A DNA stretch of 64,000 nt from a virus. Under the pieces are notes generated by a model that was given only the letters and a program-made list of their open reading frames with translations, searched no databases and was not told the DNA's origin. Of the stretch, positions 1-8,292 are shown piece after piece (within the stretch, counting starts at the first letter, position 1; the number at the start of each line of letters is the position of its first letter). Made by a program: the position numbers and the translations under genes. Location of the stretch: positions 53,779-117,778 of the IMG/VR virus record IMGVR_UViG_3300049595_001870. The stretch is one strand, 5' to 3'.

Positions 1-227
1 CGGGGAATCTGGCGGGCTCCCCAGTTACGCCCCAGCCAGTGAAGATAGAACGCGCTGGCCGCTTCCTGCGCCGCATCCTCGGAAAGCCCGTCCCGCTGGG
101 CGTCACGGGCGAAGCGGTCGCGGATCGTCAGATGATCCTCGGGCGGAAGGTCCGTCGGATCGTAGGGCCGCATTGGCCATTCGCAGGAAGCCCCGTTGTG
201 GGCGAAATACAGGCTAATCGGTTGCAT
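1..227 (-). CDS. Partial ORF (runs off window start), divergent homolog of the leftward 58774-59577 gene; weak sigma-region-2-like
   Basis: Not in ORF track. ATG at 227 with GAGGG RBS; MQPISLYFAHNGASCEWPMRPYDPTDLPPEDHLTIRDRFARDAQRDGLSEDAAQEAASAFYLHWLGRNWGARQIP, open to base 1; aligns by eye with FSPADITP..LSAEGREETVAAILHSIWTRDYSKSGIARG of 58774-59577. Confidence 0.6.
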   Translation of the reverse strand, partial: MQPISLYFAHNGASCEWPMRPYDPTDLPPEDHLTIRDRFARDAQRDGLSEDAAQEAASAFYLHWLGRNWGARQIP

Positions 228-354
228 GGTCAAACCCTCGGGAAGTGTTACCCCCGGGAGACAGTCCCCCGGGCGGTCCGTTGAATGTAGCACAATCGGA
301 CCCCGTTACAATCGGCCGATTTCCCGGGCGAAAGTAGTAAAAAGATTTTTCCCA

Positions 355-612
355 AGATTTTTTTCGCCGTCCCGCTGTATAGGTGTTGTGAGAGTGAGTG
401 AGTGAGTGTGAGTGAGTGAGTGAGTGAGTGAGCCTTTCGCTCGCTTGTTCGCTTGTTCGCTCGCTTGTTCGATTCACGGGCATTCTCCCGGTTTTCCGGG
501 GGTGTGCCGCTCACACTGGCGCAGATTCTGTCTGCGGTCAGCGTACGAAAAAAATCCTTCCGTGCGAAAGATTTTTTTGTGCGTCCCGCTGTATATGTTG
601 TGCGGTGAGTGT
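355..612 (+). promoter_or_regulatory. Two copies of a ~40-bp promoter-like element (AAGATTTTTTT..CGTCCCGCTGTATA.GT..TGTG..GTGAG)
   Basis: Copies at ~355-395 and ~567-612 in the divergent intergenic region; TATAGG/TATATG -10-like hexamers. Confidence 0.4.
388..472. repeat. Short tandem repeats: (GTGA)n 388-432 and (CGCTTGTT)-type 441-472
   Basis: Directly visible; a shorter GTGAGT run recurs at 606-625. Confidence 0.85.
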
Positions 613-690
613 GAGTGTGAGTGTAACGCTCGCAATGCGGGGAGTAACGTATTACTCTATCCGCATGCGGGCAGCATATGAGGTGACACT

Positions 691-870
691 ATGGACGATG
701 AGGATCGTTCGCAGTTCGCCCGGCCTGGGTCTGCGTTGCGTCGGGCCACCAAGGGGAATCCTCGGATTCACCCGTGCCCAACGTGCAAAGAGCCCAACAG
801 ACTGACCCCCGCGGATGTTCGCCGGGGATACCAGTGTGATGCCTGTGCGGACAGGGATGAAGGTGTGTGA
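691..870 (+). CDS. 59-aa putative zinc-binding phage protein (first early gene of this allele)
   Basis: Below ORF-track cutoff; GAGGTG RBS; MDDEDRSQFARPGSALRRATKGNPRIHPCPTCKEPNRLTPADVRRGYQCDACADRDEGV with CxxC...CxxC. Confidence 0.7.
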   Translation: MDDEDRSQFARPGSALRRATKGNPRIHPCPTCKEPNRLTPADVRRGYQCDACADRDEGV

Positions 871-957
871 CGGGATCCGATCCCGGGCAGTGACAGCCCC
901 TCCGGGGGTTATTCCGTGTTGCTGTCCGGGTTCGGCTGCCGTTCGGTAGTCGGTTCT
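871..957 (+). ncRNA. Structured cis-regulatory RNA (three hairpins) in 5' leader of Gp88-like gene
   Basis: 13-bp stem 882-894/918-930, inner stem with cUCCGg loop, flanking hairpins 871-885 and 934-951; pairing-preserving changes versus copy at 60026-60110. Confidence 0.6.
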
Positions 958-973
958 ATCAACGGAGGTGCGT

Positions 974-1723
974 ATGCGACTGGCATATGCACCGGCCAAC
1001 GCCAAGCTCCGCCGTCTTCAGGAGCGTTTGGGCGTCAAGGTCTACTCCTTTGACATGCTGTCAGGAGTGACCTGTCCCGCAGCCAAGGACTGTAAGTCTT
1101 GGGCTGTGGAGTACGGACGCGGCAAACGCAAGATTCAAGACGGGAAGCACACGTTGTTCCGGTGCTTTTCGGCCTCGCAAGAGGCTCAGTACACGGATGT
1201 GTACAAGTTTCGTAAGGCCAACATGGATGCGGCCCTGTCGCTTGCGGCAGAGTCGCCCATGAAGTGTGCCTCGGCTCTGGTTGAGGCTCTGCCTGACCGG
1301 GCAGCGGTGATTCGCATCCATGTGGCTGGGGATTTCAAGATCCTCAACTACTTCGATGCGTGGCTGGAGGTGTGCGAACGCAGGCCCGACCTGCGGCTGT
1401 ATGCCTACACCAAGATGTTGTCGTTCTGGCAGAAGCGGCGGGACATCCTGCCTGCGAATCTGGCCCTGACTGCCAGCAGGGGTGGTCGGTTCGACCATCT
1501 GATCGACAGCGAGGGATTCCGTGAGTCGGTAGTGGTCTACAGCGAGGCCAAGGCCAAACGGCTGCGGCTGGCTATCGACCATGATGACAGCCATGCGTAC
1601 TCGCTCACTGGCGGGTCGTTTGCCCTGCTGATCCACGGCACTCAACCGCCGGGCAGCGAGGCTGGCAAGGCCGTGCGGGCCTTGCGCGGGAAGGGTTCCT
1701 ACAACCGGAAAGTGAAGGTGTGA
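974..1723 (+). CDS. Gp88-like phage protein (radical-SAM-like, GP88 family)
   Basis: TCPAAKDC...CFSA Cys cluster, IRIHVAGDF, LYAYTK motifs; GGAGG RBS places start at ATG 974. Confidence 0.75.
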   Translation: MRLAYAPANAKLRRLQERLGVKVYSFDMLSGVTCPAAKDCKSWAVEYGRGKRKIQDGKHTLFRCFSASQEAQYTDVYKFRKANMDAALSLAAESPMKCASALVEALPDRAAVIRIHVAGDFKILNYFDAWLEVCERRPDLRLYAYTKMLSFWQKRRDILPANLALTASRGGRFDHLIDSEGFRESVVVYSEAKAKRLRLAIDHDDSHAYSLTGGSFALLIHGTQPPGSEAGKAVRALRGKGSYNRKVKV

Positions 1724-1724
1724 C

Positions 1725-1946
1725 ATGCGGACAAGTCTGACCGGCCGCCTTGTGCGTGCGGCCGACGACTTGCGGAGGCTGCGGTCTGATCTGAACAGCC
1801 TGGCCGTGGCACTGCTGACGGATGACAACGGCATATCACAAGAGTCCTACGGACTGCTGCGGTCAGTGTTTGCCCGTGTCGGCGGCATGCCGGCCCTGAA
1901 CGTCGATGCGACGGACGGGCGGTTCTACATTCCGGAGGAGGTGTGA
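1725..1946 (+). CDS. Hypothetical early protein
   Basis: GGTGTGACATG junction, coupled to neighbours. Confidence 0.75.
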   Translation: MRTSLTGRLVRAADDLRRLRSDLNSLAVALLTDDNGISQESYGLLRSVFARVGGMPALNVDATDGRFYIPEEV

Positions 1947-1947
1947 C

Positions 1948-2172
1948 ATGAACAAAGATTTTGGCGAGACAGTCGCCAAGTACTTTTACGGCGAGGGGAA
2001 GTGGGTGTCGGTCTATGCGTGCTACCCAGACATGGAGGCTTACGACAATCGAACGCCGGACTACTGGGATGTGTACGACGAGAACGGAGCATGCCTCAAC
2101 GAGGGTGAGGCGTTCTATGCGATGCCCACTTGGGGCGATGTGCTGAAGTCCTACATCAAGCAGGAGGTGTGA
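1948..2172 (+). CDS. Hypothetical early protein
   Basis: GGAGGTGTGACATG junction; acidic/aromatic 74 aa. Confidence 0.75.
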   Translation: MNKDFGETVAKYFYGEGKWVSVYACYPDMEAYDNRTPDYWDVYDENGACLNEGEAFYAMPTWGDVLKSYIKQEV

Positions 2173-2173
2173 C

Positions 2174-2443
2174 ATGCGGAAGCTGAGCGATGAGCCTTTG
2201 GTCTGGCAGTACGGCCTCCACCGCGTCGTCAATGGCGTACCGCAGTGGCTGTCTGTAGATGGCGATTGGCTGCCTGACTCTAACACCGAAAACTTACGCA
2301 TCCGCAGGTTCCTCTCGCTGGCGGCAGCGAAGCGAGCGTGGGAGGACGAGATGCCGCATGCGCTGGATGCGTGGGCTCGCTCCATTGGTATTTTCCAGGG
2401 GAAGCGAGATGTGACAGAGGCCCTTTATCGCGGGGAGGTGTGA
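2174..2443 (+). CDS. Hypothetical early protein
   Basis: GGAGGTGTGACATG junction. Confidence 0.7.
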   Translation: MRKLSDEPLVWQYGLHRVVNGVPQWLSVDGDWLPDSNTENLRIRRFLSLAAAKRAWEDEMPHALDAWARSIGIFQGKRDVTEALYRGEV

Positions 2444-2444
2444 C

Positions 2445-2720
2445 ATGGTGGCGATTGTGACCAAGTATCACGGCCCGACCAACACGCGGGGTTCCCGTGT
2501 GTCTGCGTCTGCCAACGGGCACCGCGTTGAGGTGACCCATGAGTCTGCTCTGGACTCCGAGGCCAACCATCGCCAGGCATTGCGTGCCCTATGCGACAAG
2601 CTGGGGTGGGATGAGGACAGGTTCTACGGCGGTGCCATGGACGATGGCAGGTGGGCCTGGGTGCCTGTCTTTACCTACGACTGGGAGCAGCGACACAAGG
2701 AGCAAGCCAATGCAAACTGA
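2445..2720 (+). CDS. Conserved-looking phage early protein (IVTKYHGPTNTRGSRV)
   Basis: GGAGGTGTGACATG junction; motif recalled from other phage early regions. Confidence 0.75.
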   Translation: MVAIVTKYHGPTNTRGSRVSASANGHRVEVTHESALDSEANHRQALRALCDKLGWDEDRFYGGAMDDGRWAWVPVFTYDWEQRHKEQANAN

Positions 2721-2931
2721 CCTGTACAAGGGTGTGGACTGGGCCCCGCATGTGCGTGAGTTCTATGCGGAGTGGCTCAGATTCACTGGCCTGCGGGCGG
2801 ATAGTCGCCGGTCTTTCGACCGATTCGTAGCCCTGATGGAGGAACGCATGGGCGACTTCCTGATGGATCAGTGTGCGGACTTTTCTGGGATGGGTCTTAT
2901 CCGGGAGGAGGTGAGCGATGCGACTGCGTGA
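2710..2931 (+). CDS. Hypothetical early protein (MQTDLYKG...)
   Basis: AAGGAG RBS, ATG 2710, overlaps upstream stop. Confidence 0.7.
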   Translation: MQTDLYKGVDWAPHVREFYAEWLRFTGLRADSRRSFDRFVALMEERMGDFLMDQCADFSGMGLIREEVSDATA

Positions 2932-3310
2932 TCGGTTCAATGCCTGGGTCCAGGCCCGGGTGGATGCGGTGCTGCTGCCGCGTGTGCGGCGGTGCGTGCA
3001 GGCTGAGGCCCAGCCTATCGACTTCCAGCGGCTGGCGCTGGAAACGTCCACCTTGCGTGGGTTCAGCAAGGAGGTGGCGGATGCGCTGGAGCTGGACAAC
3101 GACTTCTGCCGGCGGCTGGCAGAGGAGATTCCGGCCAGCGACATCGCATACCACATCGACGCCGAGGAGGTGGCCAAGGAGGTGGAGGTGGACATCTGCG
3201 TGTCCGATGTGGCCGAGAGTCTGGACATGTCGGAGCTGGCCGGGGAGATCGATTACGAGGCGCTGGCGGCGGCGCTCGTTCGCATGGCAGCAAAGGGGGT
3301 GACCAAGTGA
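2918..3310 (+). CDS. Acidic hypothetical early protein with IDxEEVA-like repeats
   Basis: GGAGGTG RBS; coupled. Confidence 0.75.
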   Translation: MRLRDRFNAWVQARVDAVLLPRVRRCVQAEAQPIDFQRLALETSTLRGFSKEVADALELDNDFCRRLAEEIPASDIAYHIDAEEVAKEVEVDICVSDVAESLDMSELAGEIDYEALAAALVRMAAKGVTK

Positions 3311-3507
3311 GACATGTGGAATTCCGCAAGTTGGTGGACGCTGTCATCGAAGCCCACTGCGGGCTGGGGTCCATGGATCTGCCCGACTTCGATCTGTGGA
3401 GCTACTTCGACGAGGACATGACATCCGAAGAGGCGCAGGAGGCGGCGCGTGATGCCGCCATCGACCTGCTGGTGGAAGAGGGCTTTCCGTTTGAGGAGGG
3501 TGCGTGA
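3307..3507 (+). CDS. Acidic hypothetical early protein
   Basis: GTGA overlap; DLPDFDLWSYFDED motif. Confidence 0.7.
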   Translation: MRHVEFRKLVDAVIEAHCGLGSMDLPDFDLWSYFDEDMTSEEAQEAARDAAIDLLVEEGFPFEEGA

Positions 3508-3731
3508 TGCAGAAGTGGGTGGCCCATGCGATTGCGTCTCACGGCCCGTCTCTGGACGAGCGATGGGTTGGTGATGTGACTGCCGGCGTGGCGGGCGATC
3601 TGCCGGCGTTCATTGCGGCAGCGGCGACGGCGGCGCGTGAGTTGGCCGACGAGCAGTTGGCCGAAGAGTTCTTGGATGCCTTGGCGGCAGTCAATATCGA
3701 CCGTGTGTTGGGGAAGACCGTCTTCTACTAG
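3507..3731 (+). CDS. Hypothetical early protein
   Basis: GGAGG RBS, TGATG overlap. Confidence 0.65.
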   Translation: MQKWVAHAIASHGPSLDERWVGDVTAGVAGDLPAFIAAAATAARELADEQLAEEFLDALAAVNIDRVLGKTVFY

Positions 3732-3741
3732 GGGGTGCGTG

Positions 3742-3954
3742 ATGAGCTATCGACCGATGGTGAAGGTGGGCAATGAGTGGGCTGGCAATGGCATTCGCTT
3801 TGCCACCCGGGCAGAGGCCGAGGCTTCCGCCCGTGATCTGTACGGACGATGGACCCTGTGTGTGGATCACCGGGCAGATGAGTCCGATGATCAGGTAAAC
3901 TGTGAGTGGGATTCGTCCCGTGGCAATGTGCATTTGGAGGTGGTCAATGCCTGA
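3742..3954 (+). CDS. Phage early protein (WAGNGIRFATRAEAEA)
   Basis: GGGGGTG RBS; ATG 3742. Confidence 0.7.
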   Translation: MSYRPMVKVGNEWAGNGIRFATRAEAEASARDLYGRWTLCVDHRADESDDQVNCEWDSSRGNVHLEVVNA

Positions 3955-4210
3955 GATTCCAAACATCCCGCAGTCCGTGCGGATATACGTGGCTCCTGTC
4001 GGCACAGTGGACTCCCCTGTTCATGGCTGCATTCCGTTCGTCGTTCGGGCCTACGACAACACCCGCACTGGCGAGGTGATGTGGCGGGGCAGCTACTACC
4101 AGAACGTCAATGGCTTCCCAATGTACGTCGCCGCTAGGCAGGCGGCCGAGCGTGAATGCGGCGTGCGTAACTGGCACATCGTCAACCCAGAGGAGGTGAG
4201 CAGTGCCTAG
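3947..4210 (+). CDS. Hypothetical early protein
   Basis: GGAGGTGGTCAATG junction. Confidence 0.65.
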   Translation: MPEIPNIPQSVRIYVAPVGTVDSPVHGCIPFVVRAYDNTRTGEVMWRGSYYQNVNGFPMYVAARQAAERECGVRNWHIVNPEEVSSA

Positions 4211-4505
4211 GCACAGACGTTCTCGCACCGACTACCCGGCTGGCGTGATTGCCATCTATGACAACTGCGGCAAGACCATCGACCGATACGAGGTGGTGTT
4301 CTCGCCTGCGTCCAGTGATGGGGTGCAGTTCTTTCCCATCCTGTACATGAGCCCCGATCCGTTCCATCCGCAGGGCGTGGGGCAGCATTCCGAAACGCTG
4401 TTCCGCCCGACGCGGATGCCCGATCAGCGCGTGATTGATTGGGCCGATCTCCCTGAACGATGCAAGCAGTGTGTTCTGCAAGACTTGGAGGTGACCAATG
4501 CCTAA
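4203..4505 (+). CDS. Phage early protein (YDNCGKTIDRYEVVF...PFHPQGVGQH)
   Basis: GGAGGTG RBS, GTG start; motif recalled from other phages. Confidence 0.75.
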   Translation: MPRHRRSRTDYPAGVIAIYDNCGKTIDRYEVVFSPASSDGVQFFPILYMSPDPFHPQGVGQHSETLFRPTRMPDQRVIDWADLPERCKQCVLQDLEVTNA

Positions 4506-4713
4506 ACAGCGGCGGCGGTATGCCGTGATCGGCTGGTGTGCCGTCGATGTCCTGGAGCATAGGCCGGGCTGGACCCGCAAGCAGTGCAACGAGTTTCTGG
4601 AGGCCAACGAGGATCACGTCCAGTTGGCGATGATTGAGGCTGGCAATGCGGCGATCAGGGAGTGCCTGCCGCCGGGGAACGATGAGGACACAGAGGAGGT
4701 GGTCAATGCCTAA
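4498..4713 (+). CDS. Hypothetical early protein
   Basis: GGAGGTGACCAATG junction. Confidence 0.7.
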   Translation: MPKQRRRYAVIGWCAVDVLEHRPGWTRKQCNEFLEANEDHVQLAMIEAGNAAIRECLPPGNDEDTEEVVNA

Positions 4714-4957
4714 CCCAAACGTCAGTCAGAGCCACTTCGCCAAGGCTGCTGCCGGCAAGGCGGCGACGTTTTGCGAAGAGGCCAAGAGCGAGGCAAGCCT
4801 AGCCGTTATTGCCCGCATGGTACTGGAGGAGTTCGACACGGCCCCCAAGTCGCAGGAGTACCTAGCCCTCGCGGCTGCGTTCAGCAAGTCGCATGGCAAG
4901 AACGAATGGGTGATAGTGGACGACATTGTCCGTGCGTTCAAATGGTTTCGGAGGTGA
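4706..4957 (+). CDS. Hypothetical early protein
   Basis: GGAGGTGGTCAATG junction. Confidence 0.7.
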   Translation: MPNPNVSQSHFAKAAAGKAATFCEEAKSEASLAVIARMVLEEFDTAPKSQEYLALAAAFSKSHGKNEWVIVDDIVRAFKWFRR

Positions 4958-4961
4958 CGAC

Positions 4962-5252
4962 ATGACATCCGGTGACCTCGCCAAGATGGCCCGTGCCGCA
5001 GCCGTCATTGAGTCTGTGCTGGGCCGGGACTTTGTGTGCTACACCCGGTCAGAGTTCGATGGTGAGTACGGCAAGGGTGCCTTGCTCATCCTGCAACATG
5101 AGAGCTGCGATCCGCTGTACCCGTATGTGAACTACGACGGTTTGCAATACGGCAAGATCGAACAGTTGTCCGATGCGTTGTCGGCTGCTGGGTTCTGGGT
5201 GGAGGACTGCACGGGGTGGTACTCCGGTGTCTATGAGAAGGAGGTGGCGTAA
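4962..5252 (+). CDS. Hypothetical early protein
   Basis: GGAGGTG RBS; ATG 4962. Confidence 0.75.
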   Translation: MTSGDLAKMARAAAVIESVLGRDFVCYTRSEFDGEYGKGALLILQHESCDPLYPYVNYDGLQYGKIEQLSDALSAAGFWVEDCTGWYSGVYEKEVA

Positions 5253-5491
5253 TGCGAGTGCGATATGCGGCTGGCGAAATTGTTGATGTGGACTCCGGCG
5301 TGTTCACTGCCTCGCCCATTCGCGGCGAGGGCTGGGTGCGATGCGAGGTGGTGTGCGACACCGACAACGTGGATCAGACGTACATCAGCCCCCTCCCGCC
5401 GCACCTTGGCTCGCCCCTATACGTGCGACCACGGGACATCCGTGGGCCCTCGCTACTTACCAACAAGGAGAACGCCAATGCCGCAGATTGA
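5252..5491 (+). CDS. Hypothetical early protein
   Basis: TAATG overlap, GGAGGTG RBS. Confidence 0.6.
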   Translation: MRVRYAAGEIVDVDSGVFTASPIRGEGWVRCEVVCDTDNVDQTYISPLPPHLGSPLYVRPRDIRGPSLLTNKENANAAD

Positions 5492-5675
5492 TTGGACTGC
5501 TGACCAAGGCGAAGAGGTTCGGCAGTTGCTTCTGAATCAAATTGATTTCCTGCAAGAGAGAAAGGCAACGTGGGTTTCTCGCGGTGCCCTCGGCCCAGCA
5601 GCAAGCGACTCGCACCTCATCCAAGACTTGCGTGACATAATTTCTAAACTGGAGGCTGCATATGCCAACGATTGA
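5478..5675 (+). CDS. Hypothetical early protein (helical)
   Basis: AAGGAG RBS; ATG 5478. Confidence 0.65.
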   Translation: MPQIDWTADQGEEVRQLLLNQIDFLQERKATWVSRGALGPAASDSHLIQDLRDIISKLEAAYAND

Positions 5676-5841
5676 ACTGACCGACGAGCAGGCCGAGGAG
5701 TTGCAGGATGTGCTGGTGTACGAGTCTGACCGCCTGACGTTTGCCATCAAGGACGCTGACCCCAGCGATGCAGACGCTATTGCTACGCGGCACACTGTGT
5801 CTGTCCTGTCCGACATCCTTCACCTACTGGAGATTGCGTGA
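5662..5841 (+). CDS. 59-aa hypothetical early protein (MPTIELTDEQAEEL...)
   Basis: Below ORF-track cutoff; GGAGG RBS; fills gap exactly with TGATG overlap. Confidence 0.7.
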   Translation: MPTIELTDEQAEELQDVLVYESDRLTFAIKDADPSDADAIATRHTVSVLSDILHLLEIA

Positions 5842-6059
5842 TGAAGCCACTGCATATCACTGAGCATGAGGCACGCCAGGAACTGCTAGCCTACGTGGAC
5901 ATCGATGATCTGGCCCTGCTTCTCAGCAAGCTGGCCGTGTATCAGGACCGCACCGTGGTTGTGAAGGGCACCGACAAGGAGAGTTACGCCTGCTGGAATG
6001 GGTACATGAGCGACGAGCGTGGTGATCTGAACTGCTTCAGCGACAAGGAGACTGCCTAA
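5841..6059 (+). CDS. Hypothetical early protein
   Basis: Coupled, GGAG RBS. Confidence 0.65.
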   Translation: MKPLHITEHEARQELLAYVDIDDLALLLSKLAVYQDRTVVVKGTDKESYACWNGYMSDERGDLNCFSDKETA

Positions 6060-6298
6060 TGCCATACCCAGACAGTGAGTACCCGTCCATCCTGCGTGGA
6101 CGCACCAAGCGTGAGAGCCAGCGGTTGCTGGCGGCGGCACCGGACATGCTGGCTGCGCTGAAGATGTGGATGGAGCTAGAGACAACGTGCGATGGGCGCC
6201 GACCGTGCTATTGCGACGACCCAGAGATATCGCGGCACGGCAAATGCTATGCGTGCGCTGCCGATTCCGCCATCGCCAAAGCAGAAGGGAGAAAGTGA
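6059..6298 (+). CDS. Phage protein with RLLAAAPDML motif and C-terminal Cys cluster
   Basis: TAATG overlap; AAAP(D/E)ML motif shared with next gene. Confidence 0.7.
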   Translation: MPYPDSEYPSILRGRTKRESQRLLAAAPDMLAALKMWMELETTCDGRRPCYCDDPEISRHGKCYACAADSAIAKAEGRK

Positions 6299-6594
6299 TG
6301 GCACATACACCGGGAACGTGGGAGGCAAGGCCGACTGACGGGCAGATCGTTCTCAATGGATCGAACTGCTATGACATTCAGGAAATCTACAACGATCAGG
6401 GCGGGTTCAATCCTGACGACATCCGGCTCATGGCGGCGGCGCCTGAGATGCTGGCTGCGTTGCGTGACACGCTCGGCGAACTGGAGTGGCTGTGCGAATG
6501 CCACCGCAAGTGCAAGGAAGAGCCGGATGCTGGTGCGTATGCTGCTATCGCCAAGGCCCGCACGGCCATACTCAAAGCGGAAGGGAGGGATTGA
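6298..6594 (+). CDS. Phage protein of the HTPG.W...RL.AAAPE.L family
   Basis: MAHTPGTW N-terminus and DIRLMAAAPEMLAAL motif. Confidence 0.75.
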   Translation: MAHTPGTWEARPTDGQIVLNGSNCYDIQEIYNDQGGFNPDDIRLMAAAPEMLAALRDTLGELEWLCECHRKCKEEPDAGAYAAIAKARTAILKAEGRD

Positions 6595-6700
6595 TGGGCC
6601 GCAGGGCCAGCGTATCGGCCAAGCCGAGGCGGAACATGCGGACGCTGCTTCTACGGTGGGGCGGCTGGGAGTGGTTTCTGAAACACATCAAGTGAGCGAC

Positions 6701-6898
6701 ATGATCAACCTGACTTTGAGTCCGACGCACTTCTTCTACCTGCTGGCCGCCGTCCGCCGGGACGCGGCCGAGCTGGAGGACATGGCACCATGGGATATCA
6801 GTGAGGAAACCGAGGCACATGAGCAGGAGATGAAGTTGTGCCGGGAGGTTGGTAGGCTCCTGTCCAAGGTGGAGCAGGAGCAGGTGTTCACGCACTAG
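6701..6898 (+). CDS. Hypothetical early protein
   Basis: In-frame 3' part of ORF 6356-6898; start uncertain (GTG 6692 or ATG 6701). Confidence 0.6.
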   Translation: MINLTLSPTHFFYLLAAVRRDAAELEDMAPWDISEETEAHEQEMKLCREVGRLLSKVEQEQVFTH

Positions 6899-6907
6899 GA
6901 GGTGTGC

Positions 6908-7045
6908 ATGGGACGCATCGACTGGTGGACTGACGGGCGGGTAGACTACGTCATCAGCCTGCTTGTGCAGGCCGAGCGTGTGGTGCGAGAGGTTGAGCCT
7001 GATCTGTACGAGAAGATCCGGCGTTTTCTTTTGGAGGAGGCGTGA
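6908..7045 (+). CDS. 45-aa hypothetical early protein (MGRIDWWTDG...)
   Basis: AGGAGGTG RBS; TGATG overlap with next gene. Confidence 0.65.
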   Translation: MGRIDWWTDGRVDYVISLLVQAERVVREVEPDLYEKIRRFLLEEA

Positions 7046-7524
7046 TGAACAAGTATCGCGTGCAAGACTCGCACTGCGGCGAGGACTTTGAGGCTGCCGA
7101 CGAGGACGCCGCCTTCGCATACGCCAAGGAGTGGCTGCGAACCGGCGACTGGGATCGGTCTCACACTCTCTGGCCGGACGCCACCGTCTTTGCGTACGAC
7201 GGCGACACAGAGGAGCGGCTGGGTTCAGTGACGGTCACCCTCCCGCCCGATGAGCCGGCATGCGTTGGCGAGGAGCATGTGTGGTGTTCACCGCATCACA
7301 TCCTCGGCGGCCTGGAGGATAACCCGGGCGTGTGGGGTAACGGCGGAGGCGCTCGCATCAAGGAAGTGTGCAGCGAGTGCGGCGTGTACAAGTTGGTCGA
7401 TACGTGGGCCACCAACCCCACTAACGGTACGCAGGGGCACACTTCCGTGGAGTACCTGCCGCCTGACAACGCGTCCTTAGAGTGGGTAAGGCAACTGCAA
7501 ACAGAGGAGGTGCGTGATGGCTAA
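7045..7524 (+). CDS. Phage early protein with putative Zn-ligand His/Cys (HVWC...CSECG)
   Basis: GGAGGAGG RBS; 159 aa. Confidence 0.75.
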   Translation: MNKYRVQDSHCGEDFEAADEDAAFAYAKEWLRTGDWDRSHTLWPDATVFAYDGDTEERLGSVTVTLPPDEPACVGEEHVWCSPHHILGGLEDNPGVWGNGGGARIKEVCSECGVYKLVDTWATNPTNGTQGHTSVEYLPPDNASLEWVRQLQTEEVRDG

Positions 7525-7993
7525 GAAGAAGGCTGCGAAGAAGCCCCGGCCGCAGAGCGTGACGCTCCGGTTCATTTCCGATCCCGGCCATGGGTGGCTG
7601 GAGGTGCCGAAGGCTCTGTGCGAGATGCTTGGTCTGGGCACAGACTTCCCCGCCCATGGGCCCTTCTGCTACTTGGAGGAAGACTGTGATTGTACCGACT
7701 TCGACCGGGCGGCGAAGCGGCACGGCGTGTCGTTCGTAACGGCCGAGCATGAGGTGGATAGCTTCGATCACTGGTTCGGTGGTGAGCAGTGGCCGTACAT
7801 CCCCGGCGCCGTCTATGGGGATGACAGAAAGCTTGTGTGCCACGCTTTGGAATCCCTCGGTACGCAGATGAAGCAGTGTCACTTGGATGAGACGTACAGT
7901 GCCAAAGAACGCAAGGAGTTCCGAAAGATGTGGGAGGATTGCGTGCGGCTAACACTGAAGTTTGAAACCCTGAACGGTGTGGGAGGTGAGTGA
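7517..7993 (+). CDS. Phage early protein (FISDPGHGWLEV...YLEEDCD)
   Basis: GGAGGTG RBS; DPGHGWL/YLEEDCD motifs recalled from phage/plasmid proteins. Confidence 0.75.
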   Translation: MAKKKAAKKPRPQSVTLRFISDPGHGWLEVPKALCEMLGLGTDFPAHGPFCYLEEDCDCTDFDRAAKRHGVSFVTAEHEVDSFDHWFGGEQWPYIPGAVYGDDRKLVCHALESLGTQMKQCHLDETYSAKERKEFRKMWEDCVRLTLKFETLNGVGGE

Positions 7994-8289
7994 TGACTAA
8001 TGACACCGTCACGGATTGGCGGCATGCAATTCGATTTCGCATCGACGGCCAGCAGTTTCACTATGACGGCCAAGGAGAATTCCGTGCGCTGCATGCCACC
8101 GTGTTCCAGTACGCCAGCGATGGCAAACGATACTGGAAGGTCGAAGTGCTAGAGGAGAGTTCGGATCGCAGCCGGGCCGAGGCTTACACGTATGGCGACA
8201 CTCTGCCGCTCACGCACAAGATGGCGACAGAGATCGCGCGTAGGTTTGTGACCGGGAAGAAGATACCCAAACGATTGGAGTGGAGGTGA
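7993..8289 (+). CDS. Hypothetical early protein
   Basis: GGAGGTGAGTGATG junction. Confidence 0.7.
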   Translation: MTNDTVTDWRHAIRFRIDGQQFHYDGQGEFRALHATVFQYASDGKRYWKVEVLEESSDRSRAEAYTYGDTLPLTHKMATEIARRFVTGKKIPKRLEWR

Positions 8290-8292
8290 GTG

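Larger units (their letters stand above)
974..4847 (+). repeat. Copy 1 of long direct repeat (copy 2 = 60127-64000, offset 59153)
   Basis: Identical ORF translations apart from one K/R; 8 SNPs seen in the first ~310 bp of the Gp88-like gene, none noticed afterwards. Confidence 0.97.

Noticed and set aside
39-805. Track ORFs over the (GTGA)n region (e.g. 214-483, 424-681, 428-805)
   Set aside because: Translations are microsatellite read-outs without RBS; the real genes are 1-227 (-) and 691-870 (+)
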